A DNA stretch of 64,000 nucleotides, from assembly GCA_020850715.1 (NCBI GenBank), contig JADZED010000050.1, positions 11,476 to 75,475 of the forward strand. Direction: 5' to 3'. Source of the stretch: Acidobacteriota bacterium (GTDB taxonomy: Bacteria > Acidobacteriota > Vicinamibacteria > Vicinamibacterales > CAVVIG01). This document shows, one piece after another, positions 1 through 9,697 of this stretch. The position numbers and the translations under genes are program-made. The notes under the pieces were generated by a model. The model saw only the letters and a list, made by a program, of their open reading frames with translations. It was not told where the DNA came from and did not search any database. How positions within the stretch are numbered: position 1 is the stretch's first letter; every line of letters begins with the position of its first letter.

Positions 1-156
1 TGCCGCTCGCCCGCCGCGTCCCTGCGCCGCCCGCTGGATCTTCTGCCGGCAGCTTGGGCACAGCGCTTTCGGGCGTCTGCCCTCCAGCTCGCCCCCCTGG
101 AACGCAACCCATTCACCCGATGCCGTTTGCGCGCTCTCTCCGACCATGCCGTTCAT
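1..156 (-). CDS. Possible 5' end of a gene running off the left edge (52 codons: MNGMVGESAQTASGEWVAFQGGELEGRRPKALCPSCRQKIQRAAQ...)
   Basis: Minus-strand frame is open from ATG (complement of 154-156) to the window edge. It contains a CxxC. It is absent from the ORF track because it is truncated. No family recognised. Confidence 0.2.
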   Translation of the reverse strand, partial: MNGMVGESAQTASGEWVAFQGGELEGRRPKALCPSCRQKIQRAAQGRGGRAA

Positions 157-235
157 CCCACCCCTCCACCCGGCTCACCCAGAGCCGCGTTCCAGGGCCA
201 GTGTAGGTGGGAGGTGTGACAGGGGAGGTCACGGC

Positions 236-332
236 AGTCGCAAGTCGTCAGTCGTCAGTCGCAAGTCGTCAGTCGTCAGTCGTCAGTCGTCAGTCGCAGT
301 CGTCAGTCGGCAGTCAACCGTCGGCAGTCGGC
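236..332. repeat. Tandem heptanucleotide repeat (AGTCGTC)n, about 14 units, with variants AGTCGCA/AGTCGGC
   Basis: Read directly: agtcgca agtcgtc agtcgtc | agtcgca agtcgtc agtcgtc agtcgtc agtcgtc agtcgc agtcgtc agtcggc agtcaac cgtcggc agtcggc. The first 21-mer (236-256) is duplicated exactly at 257-277. Confidence 0.9.
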
Positions 333-348
333 CATCGCCATTCCTCGA

Positions 349-1038
349 TCACCGCCCGATAGCGGAGATGGCTGGCGCGAGAGGAAAGCCGACGTGGTGG
401 ACCACCCCGTTCGGAGTTCGGATTCTCAGCTGGTCGTAGGGCTCGGCTCCCTCGTCATGCCGTACGAGCAGCCACGTGGAGCCGGGCACCTGGGCGACCA
501 GTGCGTTCAGCGCCTCGATCATCGTGACGTTGTGCAGCGCGAGCGTCATCCGTTGGGTGAGCGGCCGAGGCGCCCCGCTCATGGAACCGACGATGCCGGC
601 GGGTACCCGAGTCGGGTAGATGGCCTGCACGACAGCCAGCAACGCATTGTCAAAGGACACCTCGTCGCACGCCACGTCGCCGATCACCCGAGATGGTCCC
701 GACAATCCTCCAGCGAAAAGATTGACGACCCCGCCGTCGTTGGCGACATGCCAGTCTGAATGTCCATCGGCGAATGCGGCGACGCTCACATCGATTTGAA
801 CGCTGCCGTCGTCGTCGTGGAGCCGCGGGGCCTCTCCAAACGGCTCTTCCTGATCGGCAGAAAGGTACACGCCTCCCGATATGCCTGCCTCGGCCAGCCC
901 CAGCAGGAAACGCTGCGCCGTCAGGTGCGGCGCCGCTTGCACGAGCGCCCTCGGCGCCTGCGGAGGCAGCTGCGCCCCGAGGCTGCCGGGATCGAGAAGC
1001 GCCAGTGATGCGGCAAGGACGATCAGCGTCCGATTCAT
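349..1038 (-). CDS. Secreted hypothetical protein
   Basis: ORF 349..1053. The internal ATG at 1038 gives the signal peptide MNRTLIVLAASLALLDPGSLGA, with a GGGGG run 6 nt upstream. No family recognised. Confidence 0.6.
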   Translation of the reverse strand: MNRTLIVLAASLALLDPGSLGAQLPPQAPRALVQAAPHLTAQRFLLGLAEAGISGGVYLSADQEEPFGEAPRLHDDDGSVQIDVSVAAFADGHSDWHVANDGGVVNLFAGGLSGPSRVIGDVACDEVSFDNALLAVVQAIYPTRVPAGIVGSMSGAPRPLTQRMTLALHNVTMIEALNALVAQVPGSTWLLVRHDEGAEPYDQLRIRTPNGVVHHVGFPLAPAISAIGR

Positions 1039-1105
1039 GTGTGGCCCCCGCATGACCCTCGGGCGAGCGCTCGCCGCACCGCAATTGGCGACCGGCGACT
1101 GGCAG

Positions 1106-1597
1106 TTATACCCCTATCCACCCCACCGCGTTCCCGCAGGCCTCGAGAAACCGCAGGAAGTCCTCCCGCGCCAGCACCAGCGTCGCCGTGTTCACGTTCG
1201 GATGGAACGACACGCGCTCCGCCGTCTTCAAATCGCGATCGAGGAACACGCGCACCCGGCGCTCGGGGTCGTGGATCAGACCGAACGGCGACACCGAGCC
1301 GGGCGTGAGGCCCAGATGCGCCATCAGCCGCTCCGGCGATCCGAAACTGAGCTTGCCGTCGCCAATCTGATCGGCGAGCGCGCGCATGTCCACCTTCTTC
1401 AGGTGCTCGACGATCGCGAGATAGTGACGGTTCCCCTTCTGGTTGCGCAGGAACAGGTTCTTGAAGTGCATCGCGTCGATGCCGCGCCAGTGCTCGGCGG
1501 CCGCTTCGACGGTCGGCACGGGCGGATGCTCGTGCCGCACGAACGCGACGCCGAGCTCGCGGAGCCGCGCCTCGACGAGCTGTTCTCGCGACGGCAT
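1106..1597 (-). CDS. YbaK/ProX-type aminoacyl-tRNA editing (deacylase) domain protein
   Basis: 163 aa. The pattern ..MHFKNLFLRNQKGNRHYLAIV..GSVSPFGL..FHPNVNTATL.. is typical of stand-alone prolyl-tRNA editing domains. Confidence 0.8.
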   Translation of the reverse strand: MPSREQLVEARLRELGVAFVRHEHPPVPTVEAAAEHWRGIDAMHFKNLFLRNQKGNRHYLAIVEHLKKVDMRALADQIGDGKLSFGSPERLMAHLGLTPGSVSPFGLIHDPERRVRVFLDRDLKTAERVSFHPNVNTATLVLAREDFLRFLEACGNAVGWIGV

Positions 1598-1808
1598 GGC
1601 GATACGTCTATCACGAAGTCACGAAGGAGGCGACGACCGCGAAGAACAGGAACGACATGCGCTGGATCGACCCGGTGATGCCGCCCCGCAGTGCTCCGCC
1701 CTCGCCGCGGAAGGAGTCCGCCGCCCTCGGCGGCCCCCTTCCGCGGCTGGTTGGCCGTTCCCGCGAACATCATGGCGCCCTCGGTGACGCCGTGACGATC
1801 CGTCGCGG

Positions 1809-2795
1809 CTACATCACCAGCACGGCCGCGCCGGTCACGTGGCCCGCGCGCAGGTCGGCCAGGGCCCGGTTCGCGTCGGCGAGCGGATAGGTGTGCACGT
1901 GCATCTCGATCCGCACCTTCCCCGCCAGCGCGAGGAACTCGCGCGCGTCCTGCCGCGTCAGGTTGGCGATCGACCGGACGACGCGCTCCTGCCAGAGCAG
2001 CCGGTACGGAAACGCGGGGATGTCCGACATGTGGATGCCCGCGCACACCAGCGTGCCGCCAGGCTCGAGGCGACGCAGCGCCTCCGGCACCAGCGGCCCG
2101 ACCGGCGCGAAGATGATCGCCGCATCCATCGGCGCCGGCGGCGCCTCGGTCGACGCGCCCGCCCACGAAGCGCCGAGCTCCCGTGCCAGCCTTTGCGCGG
2201 CCTGGTCGCCCGGCGCCGTGAACGCATACACCTCGCGCCCCTGCCGCACGGCGACCTGCGCGAGGATGTGCGCCGCCGCCCCGAAGCCGTACAGGCCGAG
2301 GCGCTTCCCGTCGCCGGCCGCGCGATAGGCGCGGTAGCCGATCAGCCCCGCGCACATCAGCGGCGCCGCTTCCGCATCGCTGTACCCGGCCGGCAGAGGG
2401 AAGACGAAGTTCGCGTCGGCCACGGCCTTCTGCGCGTACCCGCCATCGCGATCGAAGCCGGTGAATCGCGCGTTCGGACACAGGTTCTCGCGGCCGCTGA
2501 TGCAGAATCGGCACACGCCGCAGGTGTGGCCGAGCCACGGAATGCCCACGCGGTCGCCGATCGCCAGGCTGTCGACGCCCTCTCCCATCGCTTCCACGAT
2601 CCCGACGATCTCGTGCCCGGGCCCGATCGGCAGCGCCGGCAGCTCGAGCTCGCCGTCGACAATGTGCAGGTCGGTGCGGCAGACGCCGCACGCGCGGACC
2701 GAGACGAGCACTTCGCCGGCCCGGGCCGTTGGCGGCTCGCGCTCGCGGGGCTCGAGTACCCCGGCGCCGCGCCGCGTCAGCGTCATTGCCTGCAT
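1809..2795 (-). CDS. Zinc-dependent alcohol dehydrogenase family oxidoreductase
   Basis: 328 aa. Has GVCRTDLH and GHEIVGIVEAMG, the structural-zinc loop CGVCRFCISGRENLC, and the nucleotide-binding GLYGFGAAAH. Confidence 0.9.
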   Translation of the reverse strand: MQAMTLTRRGAGVLEPREREPPTARAGEVLVSVRACGVCRTDLHIVDGELELPALPIGPGHEIVGIVEAMGEGVDSLAIGDRVGIPWLGHTCGVCRFCISGRENLCPNARFTGFDRDGGYAQKAVADANFVFPLPAGYSDAEAAPLMCAGLIGYRAYRAAGDGKRLGLYGFGAAAHILAQVAVRQGREVYAFTAPGDQAAQRLARELGASWAGASTEAPPAPMDAAIIFAPVGPLVPEALRRLEPGGTLVCAGIHMSDIPAFPYRLLWQERVVRSIANLTRQDAREFLALAGKVRIEMHVHTYPLADANRALADLRAGHVTGAAVLVM

Positions 2796-2803
2796 GGGTC
2801 TCG

Positions 2804-2809
2804 ATTATA
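2804..2809 (-). promoter_or_regulatory. Perfect -10 hexamer TATAAT, 8 nt upstream of the ADH ATG (leaderless-type arrangement)
   Basis: Minus strand reads cccTATAATcgagacccATG. Confidence 0.4.
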
Positions 2810-2899
2810 GGGGCCGGCAGAAAAGCCGGGTCGCCTCGACAGCCTGACCCCTGTACCGGTCACCGCAGCACCGCGCCGGTCGAGTCTCCGATTCGCCGC

Positions 2900-3550
2900 T
2901 CACGGCCGGCCTGCTTCGATCTCGCCGCAGGCGATCGGCAGCGTGACCTGCGCCGGGACGTCGCCGAGCGACGCAACAGACGCGGGCAACGCGCTCGACG
3001 GCGGCACACCGTGGATGTAGACCACCCGCCGCTCGAGGTCGAGCGCCTGTCCGTTGAATGCACGTGCGAACGCCTGCTGCAGAACGGGCAGAGACACGGT
3101 CTGCTGGTACTGGTAGGTTCCGTCGGATGATGCCTTGGGATAGGTGTCGGTCATGATCGCCAGGCTCGCCGGATCGGCCGACAGGGGCACCATCGTGATG
3201 CCCGATACGACTTCGGTCTCGATGAGGTCGACGATTCCGTCGCCGTTGGCATCGTCGGCCTGGGTCGCGCAGCGCGCCTGGCGGCCGTCCTCGAAGCCAT
3301 GGAGGTGCTGCAGGTGCATGATCCCGGGCGGCACCTTGCTGGCGCGAACGCTGATCGTCAGCTTGTCGCCGCCGACGACGAATCGGGCGGCGCCGGTCGA
3401 CTCGAGACCGGTGACGCCGGCATTCATCGGCGTCAGCTCGGCGTGAAATTCCGCCGCGGCCGGGCCGATTCTGCCCTCTCCCTTGGAGCCGACGAAGATC
3501 GCGCTTCCAACGAGCGCCGTGATGGCCAGCGGAACAAGTCCTGACGCCAT
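2900..3550 (-). CDS. Secreted hypothetical protein (weak CHRD-like pattern)
   Basis: ORF 2900..3625 trimmed to ATG 3550. AGGAGG lies 7 nt upstream and the product then starts with the signal peptide MASGLVPLAITALVGSAIFVGS. The segment ..IMHLQHLHGFEDG.. is only loosely CHRD-like. Confidence 0.6.
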   Translation of the reverse strand: MASGLVPLAITALVGSAIFVGSKGEGRIGPAAAEFHAELTPMNAGVTGLESTGAARFVVGGDKLTISVRASKVPPGIMHLQHLHGFEDGRQARCATQADDANGDGIVDLIETEVVSGITMVPLSADPASLAIMTDTYPKASSDGTYQYQQTVSLPVLQQAFARAFNGQALDLERRVVYIHGVPPSSALPASVASLGDVPAQVTLPIACGEIEAGRP

Positions 3551-3834
3551 GACGCGTCCTCCTGCCCGATCGTCTTCGACCGACCGGAGCGATCGCACGA
3601 TGCAACCCGGGCGCCAATGCGCCATGCGTGCCCGGCCACCGAGGATGGGGCGTCGAATGCTGGAGCTTCGATTGCGCTGGGCGCTCGGGCGTCGTCAATG
3701 TCCGTATCGTCTGCGCTCGGCCATGGAACGGGAGCGGCCCGGCATCGGGCCGGCTCAGGAGTGGCACACGCCGGGGCGCCCTCCGGCGAGCTGGCGGGCG
3801 GCGGGTCGAGATCGGTCGAGGCTTGTCGCTGCCG

Positions 3835-5247
3835 TTACGGCTGCGGCTCGGGGAACCGCCCCAGCGCCGTCAGCAATTCGAGCCGCGCGCGGCGCAGCGT
3901 GTCCTCGGCCACGACCGATTGGGTGCCGGCGTCGCGGGCACGCCGCTCGGCGTCGACGACTTCGATGTTGGTGGCCGCGCCGGCGCGGAAGCTGACGTTG
4001 ACGATGTCCATCACCTGCTGCGCCTGGTCGGCGGCCGCGCGCGCGCTGCTGAGCGAGCGCCCGGCGCTGTCGACCGCCGCCCGCGCGGCCCGCACCTCGG
4101 AGCTCGCGGCATTGAGCGCGGAGGCGAGCGTCGCGCGCGAGACGTCGAGCAGCGCCTGTTGCTCGCGGCGCTGGCCGGCACGTCGCCCGGAGTCGACGAT
4201 CGGCACCGACATCTGCACCAGCGCCCGCCAGCTGTTGTTCGGCGCGAAGAACTGGCCCGGATAGATCGACTGCGGCAGGAACACTCCCTCGAGATACGGG
4301 TAGTACGCCTTCCGCGCGTCGCGGACGACCTGCTCGGCGGCCTCCGCCTGCGCCGTGTAGAAGCGGATGTCAGCGCGGGCGGAGAGCAGCGGCGGGGCGG
4401 CGGACGCGCTGCCTGCGGTCGGCGGCGGCGGCGCGCCGGCGGCGCCGTCGGGAATCGTGAAGACCGGCTCGCCGGCCGCGTCGACCGGACCGTCCATCAC
4501 GAGCAGCACGCCAAGCGCCTCCTGCGCCCGATAGTGCGCCAGGTGCGCCTGCTCGACGAGGCCCTCGTCGAGCGACAGCTCCTGCTGCGCGCGCAGGGCG
4601 TTCAACCGGCTGCCGGTGCCCGCCTGCTCGAGCTCGCGGGCCAGCTCGTAGTGGGCGCGCGCCGTGTCGCGCGCGCGCTCGTTCACCTCGATCGCGCGGC
4701 GGCGCGCGATCACCGTCAGGTAGGCGTCGGCGGCCGCCAGCGCGGTCTGCCGCCGTACGTTGGCGGCGCTCAGCTCGGCGACGTCGCGTGCGTCCTCGGC
4801 CTGCGCGCGCCGCGCCCATTGCGCGGGCGCGTACAGCGGCAGGCGGATGTCCATTGCGCCGGTCACCTGATTGCGCGGCGACACCGTCGTCTCCTCGAAC
4901 TTGACGCCGCGGTTCAGGGTCGTCGTCGAGACGCTGCCGTTGACCTGCAGCAGCGTGCCCGCGCGCGCCTGCGACAGCAGCGCCTCGGCGCGCAGGATGC
5001 CCGCGGCGGCGATCGCGCTCGAGGGATTCCGCTCGAGGGCGCGCTGAATCGCCTCCTCGAACGAGAGGCTGGCGATCGGCGGAGGCACCGGGCTGCCGGC
5101 CGCCTGCGCGTCCGCCGGCGCCTGCGCCGCCGGGACGCCTGCGGGCGCGGCGAGCAGCAGCGCGAGTGCGAGGCAGAGCAGCCCGACCGCGCGCACGGCG
5201 GGGCCGCGGCCTGGCGCTCCCAATCGTGCCGTGCGATGCCGGCTCAT
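3835..5247 (-). CDS. Outer membrane efflux protein (TolC/OprM family) of the RND system
   Basis: 470 aa starting MSRHRTARLG.., with hydrophobic signal LLCLALALLLAAPAG and a two-fold repeated helical/beta pattern. Its ATG overlaps the stop of the RND gene (ATGA at 5244-5247). Confidence 0.85.
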   Translation of the reverse strand: MSRHRTARLGAPGRGPAVRAVGLLCLALALLLAAPAGVPAAQAPADAQAAGSPVPPPIASLSFEEAIQRALERNPSSAIAAAGILRAEALLSQARAGTLLQVNGSVSTTTLNRGVKFEETTVSPRNQVTGAMDIRLPLYAPAQWARRAQAEDARDVAELSAANVRRQTALAAADAYLTVIARRRAIEVNERARDTARAHYELARELEQAGTGSRLNALRAQQELSLDEGLVEQAHLAHYRAQEALGVLLVMDGPVDAAGEPVFTIPDGAAGAPPPPTAGSASAAPPLLSARADIRFYTAQAEAAEQVVRDARKAYYPYLEGVFLPQSIYPGQFFAPNNSWRALVQMSVPIVDSGRRAGQRREQQALLDVSRATLASALNAASSEVRAARAAVDSAGRSLSSARAAADQAQQVMDIVNVSFRAGAATNIEVVDAERRARDAGTQSVVAEDTLRRARLELLTALGRFPEPQP

Positions 5248-8200
5248 GCTTCCCGCTCCCTGGTCGTCAGCTTCTTGACAACGACGTAGAGCACGGGGAT
5301 GAACGCGAGGTTGAGGAACGTCGCCGCCAGCATGCCGCCGACCACCGTGGTGCCGACCGAATGGCGCGCCTCGCGGCCGGCGCCGCTGGCCAGGACCAGC
5401 GGCATGACGCCGAGGATGAAGGCGAGCGAGGTCATGAGGATCGGCCGCAGGCGGATGCGCGCCGCCTCCACCGCCGCCTCGGCGATCGTCAGGCCGCGCG
5501 CGCGCAGCTGCTCGGCGAACTCGACGATCAGGATCCCGTTCTTGGCGGAGAGGCCGATGAGCATCACCAGGCCGATCTGGCAGTAGACGTCGTTGATGAG
5601 GCCGCGTCCCCACTGCGCGGCCAGGGCGCCGAGGATCGCCAGCGGCACCGACAGCAGGATGATGAACGGCAGCGTCAGGCTCTCGTACTGCGCCGCCAGC
5701 GTCAGGTAGACCAGCAGCAGGCCGAGGCCGAAGATCAGCACCGACTGGCTGCCGGCCGCGATCTCCTCGCGCGAGAGACCCGACCACGCGAAGGTCATCC
5801 CCTGCGGCAGGGCGCGCGCCGACAACTGCTCCATCGCGGCGATCGCCTGGCCCGAACTGAAGCCGGGCGCCGCCGATCCGTTGATCGTGACCGATCGGAA
5901 CAGGTTGTAGTGGTTGATGGTCTGCGGCGCCGTCCCCTCCCGCACCGAGACGAGGTTGCTGAGCGGCATCATCTCACCGGCGCTGTTGCGCACCATGTAG
6001 CGCTCGATGTCGGCCGGACTTGCGCGGAACCGGCTGTCGGCCTGCACGTACACGCGGTACGAGCGGCTGTTGAAGTCGAAGTCGTTGACGTAGGACGACC
6101 CGAGCAGGATCTGCAGCGTCTGCGTGATGTCGCCGAGCGACACGCCGAGGCTCTTGGCCTGCTCGCGGTCGATCGTCACCACCAGCTGCGGATCGTCGGC
6201 GGTGAACTGGGTGAACACGCCGGCCAGCCCGGGCGTCTGGTTGGCCTGCGCCGACAGACCGCGCGCCGACACCGCCAGATTCTCGATCGGACCGCCCGAC
6301 TGATCGAGCAGCTCGTACTGGAACCCGCCGAACAGGCCCAGCCCTTCGATCGACGGCGGCAGGATCGGGAAGACCATCGCGCCGGTGATGCCCGCGAAGC
6401 GTCCGAAGAGCTGCCCGACCACCGCCCTGGCCGCGTTCTGCGGGCCGGGACGCTCCTTCAGGTCCTTCAGCATGCAGAACAGGATGCCCTGGTTGGGCCC
6501 GCTGCCGGTGAAGCTGAAGCCGCCGACGCCGAACACGTGCTGGATCTGCGGCGTCTGGTCGAGGATGTCCTCGACCTGACGCTCGACCCCCATCGTGTAC
6601 TCGAGCGAGGCGCCCTGCGGCGCCTGGATGAGGATGAGGATGTAGCCCTGGTCCTCGTCGGGCGCGAAGCCGGCCGGTACGCGCGTGAACACGAAGTAGG
6701 TGGCGCCCAGCAGCGCCACGAACACCATCGTCACCAGCGCGCGCCGGCGGATCAGCCGCTGCAGGCCCGAGACCATCCCCCGGGTGCCGCCGTCGATCAC
6801 GCGGTTCACGCCGCGGAAGAACGCGCCGGCGGGCTTCTCCGTCTTCGCCAGCAGCAGGCCGGCAAGCGCCGGCGTGAGCGTCAGCGCGTTGAAGGCGGAG
6901 ATCGCCATCGAGAAGGCGATCGTGAGGGCGAACTGCTGGTACAGGCGGCCGGTCGTGCCCGGGAAGAAGGCGACCGGCACGAACACGGCGGCGAGCACGA
7001 GCGCGGTCGCGATCACGGCGCCGGTGACCTCGCCCATCGCCGCCGACGCCGCCTCGCGCGGCGGCGTGTGCGACTCGTGGATGTGCCGCTCGATGTTCTC
7101 GATCACCACGATGGCGTCGTCGACCACGAGGCCGGTGGCCAGCGTGATGCCGAACAGCGTGAGCGTGTTGATCGAGAAGCCGAACAGCTTGATGAAGGCG
7201 AAGGTGCCGATGAGCGAGACCGGAATCGTGATCGCCGGAATGAGCGTCGTGCGCCAGTTCTGCAGGAACAGGAACATGACCAGGATCACGAGGAGGATCG
7301 CTTCGCCGAGCGTCGTCAGCACCTCCTGGATCGATTCCGAGACCACGCGCGTCGTGTCGAAGGCGAGGTCGACGCGCATGCCGGGCGGAAAGCTGCGCGC
7401 GAGCCGCTCGAGCTCGGCGGTGACGTCGCGCTGCACCTGCAGGGAGTTCGCCGTCGGGAGCTGCGTGACGCCGATGCCCAGCGCCGCCTTGCCGTCGTAC
7501 CGCAGATCCGACGAATAGTCCTCGGCGCCCAGCTCGACGCGCCCGACGTCGCGCAGGCGCACCAGCGTGCCGTCGGGCGACCGCTTCAGGATGATGTCGG
7601 CGAACTGCGCCGGCTCGCTGAGGCGCCCGACGACCCGGACGCTCAGCTGGTAGGTCTGGTCCTCGGGCGACGGCTCGGCGCCGACCTGGCCCGCGGCGAC
7701 CTGGATGTTCTGCTCGCGCAGGGCGAGGGTCACGTCGCCGGCCGTGAGGCCGCGTCCGGCGAGGCGATCCGGATCCAGCCACAGGCGCATGGCGTACTTG
7801 CGCTCGCCGAAGATCATGATGCCGCCGACGCCCGGCACCCGCTGCAGATCGTCGCGCACGAAGCGATCCAGATAGTTGCTGATGAACAGCGCGTCGTGCT
7901 GCGGGTTGTCGGAGGTGACGCCGATGGCGAGCACGAAGTTCTGCCCCGACTTGGTCACCGAGATGCCGATCTGCTTGACCTCGTTGGGCAGCCGCCCCTC
8001 GACCTGCGAGATGCGGTTCTGCACGTCGACCGCCGCGATGTCGATGCTGCGCGCGGTGTCGAAGGTGACGATGACGTTCGACATCCCGCTGCTGCTGCTC
8101 GACGAGGTGATGTACTGCATCCCCTCGACGCCGTTGAGGCTCTGCTCGACCGGCTGCGTCACCGCCGACTCGACCACCTCGGCGCTCGCGCCCGGGTAGA

Positions 8201-8345
8201 TGGCGGTGACCGTCACCGTGGGCGGCGCCAGCTGCGGGAACTGCGCGATCGGCAGCGTCGGGATGGCGATGGCGCCGGCGAGGATGATGACCAGCGAGCA
8301 CACGCTCGCCAGGATGGGGCGCCGGATGAACGTATCGGCCAGCAT
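5244..8345 (-). CDS. RND multidrug efflux transporter, HAE1 family (AcrB/MexB-like)
   Basis: 1033 aa. N-terminus MLADTFIRRPILASVCSLVIILAGAIAIPTLPIAQFP. 12-TM layout with two large periplasmic loops. Confidence 0.95.
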   Translation of the reverse strand: MLADTFIRRPILASVCSLVIILAGAIAIPTLPIAQFPQLAPPTVTVTAIYPGASAEVVESAVTQPVEQSLNGVEGMQYITSSSSSSGMSNVIVTFDTARSIDIAAVDVQNRISQVEGRLPNEVKQIGISVTKSGQNFVLAIGVTSDNPQHDALFISNYLDRFVRDDLQRVPGVGGIMIFGERKYAMRLWLDPDRLAGRGLTAGDVTLALREQNIQVAAGQVGAEPSPEDQTYQLSVRVVGRLSEPAQFADIILKRSPDGTLVRLRDVGRVELGAEDYSSDLRYDGKAALGIGVTQLPTANSLQVQRDVTAELERLARSFPPGMRVDLAFDTTRVVSESIQEVLTTLGEAILLVILVMFLFLQNWRTTLIPAITIPVSLIGTFAFIKLFGFSINTLTLFGITLATGLVVDDAIVVIENIERHIHESHTPPREAASAAMGEVTGAVIATALVLAAVFVPVAFFPGTTGRLYQQFALTIAFSMAISAFNALTLTPALAGLLLAKTEKPAGAFFRGVNRVIDGGTRGMVSGLQRLIRRRALVTMVFVALLGATYFVFTRVPAGFAPDEDQGYILILIQAPQGASLEYTMGVERQVEDILDQTPQIQHVFGVGGFSFTGSGPNQGILFCMLKDLKERPGPQNAARAVVGQLFGRFAGITGAMVFPILPPSIEGLGLFGGFQYELLDQSGGPIENLAVSARGLSAQANQTPGLAGVFTQFTADDPQLVVTIDREQAKSLGVSLGDITQTLQILLGSSYVNDFDFNSRSYRVYVQADSRFRASPADIERYMVRNSAGEMMPLSNLVSVREGTAPQTINHYNLFRSVTINGSAAPGFSSGQAIAAMEQLSARALPQGMTFAWSGLSREEIAAGSQSVLIFGLGLLLVYLTLAAQYESLTLPFIILLSVPLAILGALAAQWGRGLINDVYCQIGLVMLIGLSAKNGILIVEFAEQLRARGLTIAEAAVEAARIRLRPILMTSLAFILGVMPLVLASGAGREARHSVGTTVVGGMLAATFLNLAFIPVLYVVVKKLTTREREA

Positions 8346-8348
8346 CGG

Positions 8349-9479
8349 CTACTTCGAGGCGGCCGGCGCGCCGCCGGGCGGCGGGCCCGCGGGCGCCTCG
8401 GCAATCGGCGCACCCTCGAACAGCTTCTGCGCGCCCGAGACGACGATCCGCACGCCAGGCTCGAGGCCGGCGACGACCGGATAGTCGTTGCCCACGATCG
8501 GCCCGAGCGTCAGCACGCGCTGGCGGGCGACCAGCTTGCCGCCGGCCTCTTCCGCCGCAAAGACATAGGACTGCCCGCCGAGGCGGCCGACGGCGGTTAC
8601 CGGCACCGTGATCGCGTCGTGCGTGCCCCAGACGATCTCGGCGCGCACGAACTGCGACGAGCGGAGCCGGCCGTCGGGGTTCGGCACCGTGCCCTTGACG
8701 AGAATGGATTGCGTCGTTTCGTCGACGCTCGGCGCGATGAAGCCGACCTCGGTGACCGCCAGCGTCTCGCCGCTGCTGCCGCTCCGCACGCGCAGCGGCA
8801 GCCCGGGCACCAGGTCGGGGCCCCGTTCCAGCGGCACGTTCACGTAGACCTCGAGCGTGCCGTTCTGGGCGATCGTCGTGAGCTCGGTCTGCGGCGTCAC
8901 GTGGAAGCCGACGCGCACCGGGATGTCCCCGACGACGCCGGCGGTCGGCGCGGTAATCGTGTAATAGCGGAGCTGCACCTGCTGCTGTCGCACCTGGGCA
9001 TCCAGCGATTGGAGCGCCGCCTCGGCCGTACGCAGCCCGGTCTCGGCCTGCTCGAGCTCCTGGCGGCTGATGGCGCCCGCCTCGAGGAGCTCGCGTGCAC
9101 GCCCGGCCTGCTGCCGCGCGAAATTCACGTTGGCCTCGCGCGAAGCGCGCTCGGCCTCCTGGCTGGAGAGCGCCGCCTGCTGCCGCCGCGCGTCGACCTG
9201 CATCAGCCGGTCGCCCGGCTTCACCCGATCGCCCGACCTGACCCAGATCTGCGTGATCTGCCCGTCGATCTGCGGCTGAATCGTCGTCGAGTTGAGCGAC
9301 TTCAACGTCGCGACATACTCGGTGGTCTCCTCGATCGATCTGGCCTGGGCCGCCGCGAGGCCGACCGGCGTCGGCGGCATCCCCTGACCTGGGCCGGCCG
9401 CCTGCCCGCCGCCGCAGGAGGCCGCCGCGAGCGCGGCGACGGCCAAGCCCGTCTTGAAGTGCATGCGTGTATGACTCAT
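8349..9479 (-). CDS. RND periplasmic adaptor (membrane fusion protein, AcrA/MexA-like) lipoprotein
   Basis: 376 aa. Lipobox LAAASC. Coiled-coil hairpin (..QQAGRARELLEAGAISRQELEQAETGLRTAEAAL..). Ends 3 nt before the RND start. Confidence 0.9.
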   Translation of the reverse strand: MSHTRMHFKTGLAVAALAAASCGGGQAAGPGQGMPPTPVGLAAAQARSIEETTEYVATLKSLNSTTIQPQIDGQITQIWVRSGDRVKPGDRLMQVDARRQQAALSSQEAERASREANVNFARQQAGRARELLEAGAISRQELEQAETGLRTAEAALQSLDAQVRQQQVQLRYYTITAPTAGVVGDIPVRVGFHVTPQTELTTIAQNGTLEVYVNVPLERGPDLVPGLPLRVRSGSSGETLAVTEVGFIAPSVDETTQSILVKGTVPNPDGRLRSSQFVRAEIVWGTHDAITVPVTAVGRLGGQSYVFAAEEAGGKLVARQRVLTLGPIVGNDYPVVAGLEPGVRIVVSGAQKLFEGAPIAEAPAGPPPGGAPAASK

Positions 9480-9673
9480 TGGAGGTGAAATGGGTTCACG
9501 GCCGACCCATCAGGATAGCACGGGCATCGATGATGCGAGGGTCTGGGGAGGTGGGGGGAGGGAGCAAGGAGCGCAGAACCGGATAGGGATCGCTTGCGCG
9601 CCCGGAGCGGAAGGGCCGAAAGAAGAGTGCGTGCCCTCCACGTCGCTCCTGCGGCAATTCTTGAAAGCCCAGG

Positions 9674-9687
9674 TCCTCAATCCTCAA
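9674..9687 (+). promoter_or_regulatory. Tandem direct repeat TCCTCAA TCCTCAA over the -35 position of the WYL-regulator promoter (candidate operator)
   Basis: Read directly: ggTCCTCAATCCTCAAcgc. It lies 14-27 nt upstream of the -10 box. Confidence 0.3.
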
Positions 9688-9697
9688 CGCCCCGAAT

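Noticed and set aside
146-439. ORF encoding the repetitive peptide ..SRKSSVVSRKSSVVSRQSSVAVVSRQS...
   Set aside because: The periodic peptide is just the translation of the 7-nt tandem repeat. A 7-nt unit cycles through all three frames. There is no start context and no coding periodicity outside the repeat.
1611-1658. 15-codon hydrophobic mini-ORF (MSFLFFAVVASFVTS) 13 nt upstream of the YbaK-like gene.
   Set aside because: There is no SD or -10 context and it is too short to evaluate. It probably arises by chance in a 210-nt spacer.
5166-9488. Very long ORFs in the track: 5166..9488 (+, 1440 aa), 20430..25637 (+, 1735 aa), 40683..43172 (+), 34620..37847 (+), 1399..2691 (-), 59838..61256 (-), and many others.
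   Set aside because: They are Arg/Ala/Gly/Pro/His/Asp-rich with no motifs. They lie antisense or out of frame to genes with unmistakable family signatures (AcrB, TypA, M16, AcnA, ADH, XseA). These are classic shadow ORFs of stop-codon-poor high-GC DNA.
9539-9562. G-quadruplex-type motif GGGtctGGGGaggtGGGGGGaGGG in the efflux/WYL divergent region.
   Set aside because: It satisfies the G3+N1-7 pattern, but such runs are expected by chance in DNA of about 70% G+C. There is no independent evidence of function. I note it only as a possible add-on to the WYL-regulator finding.
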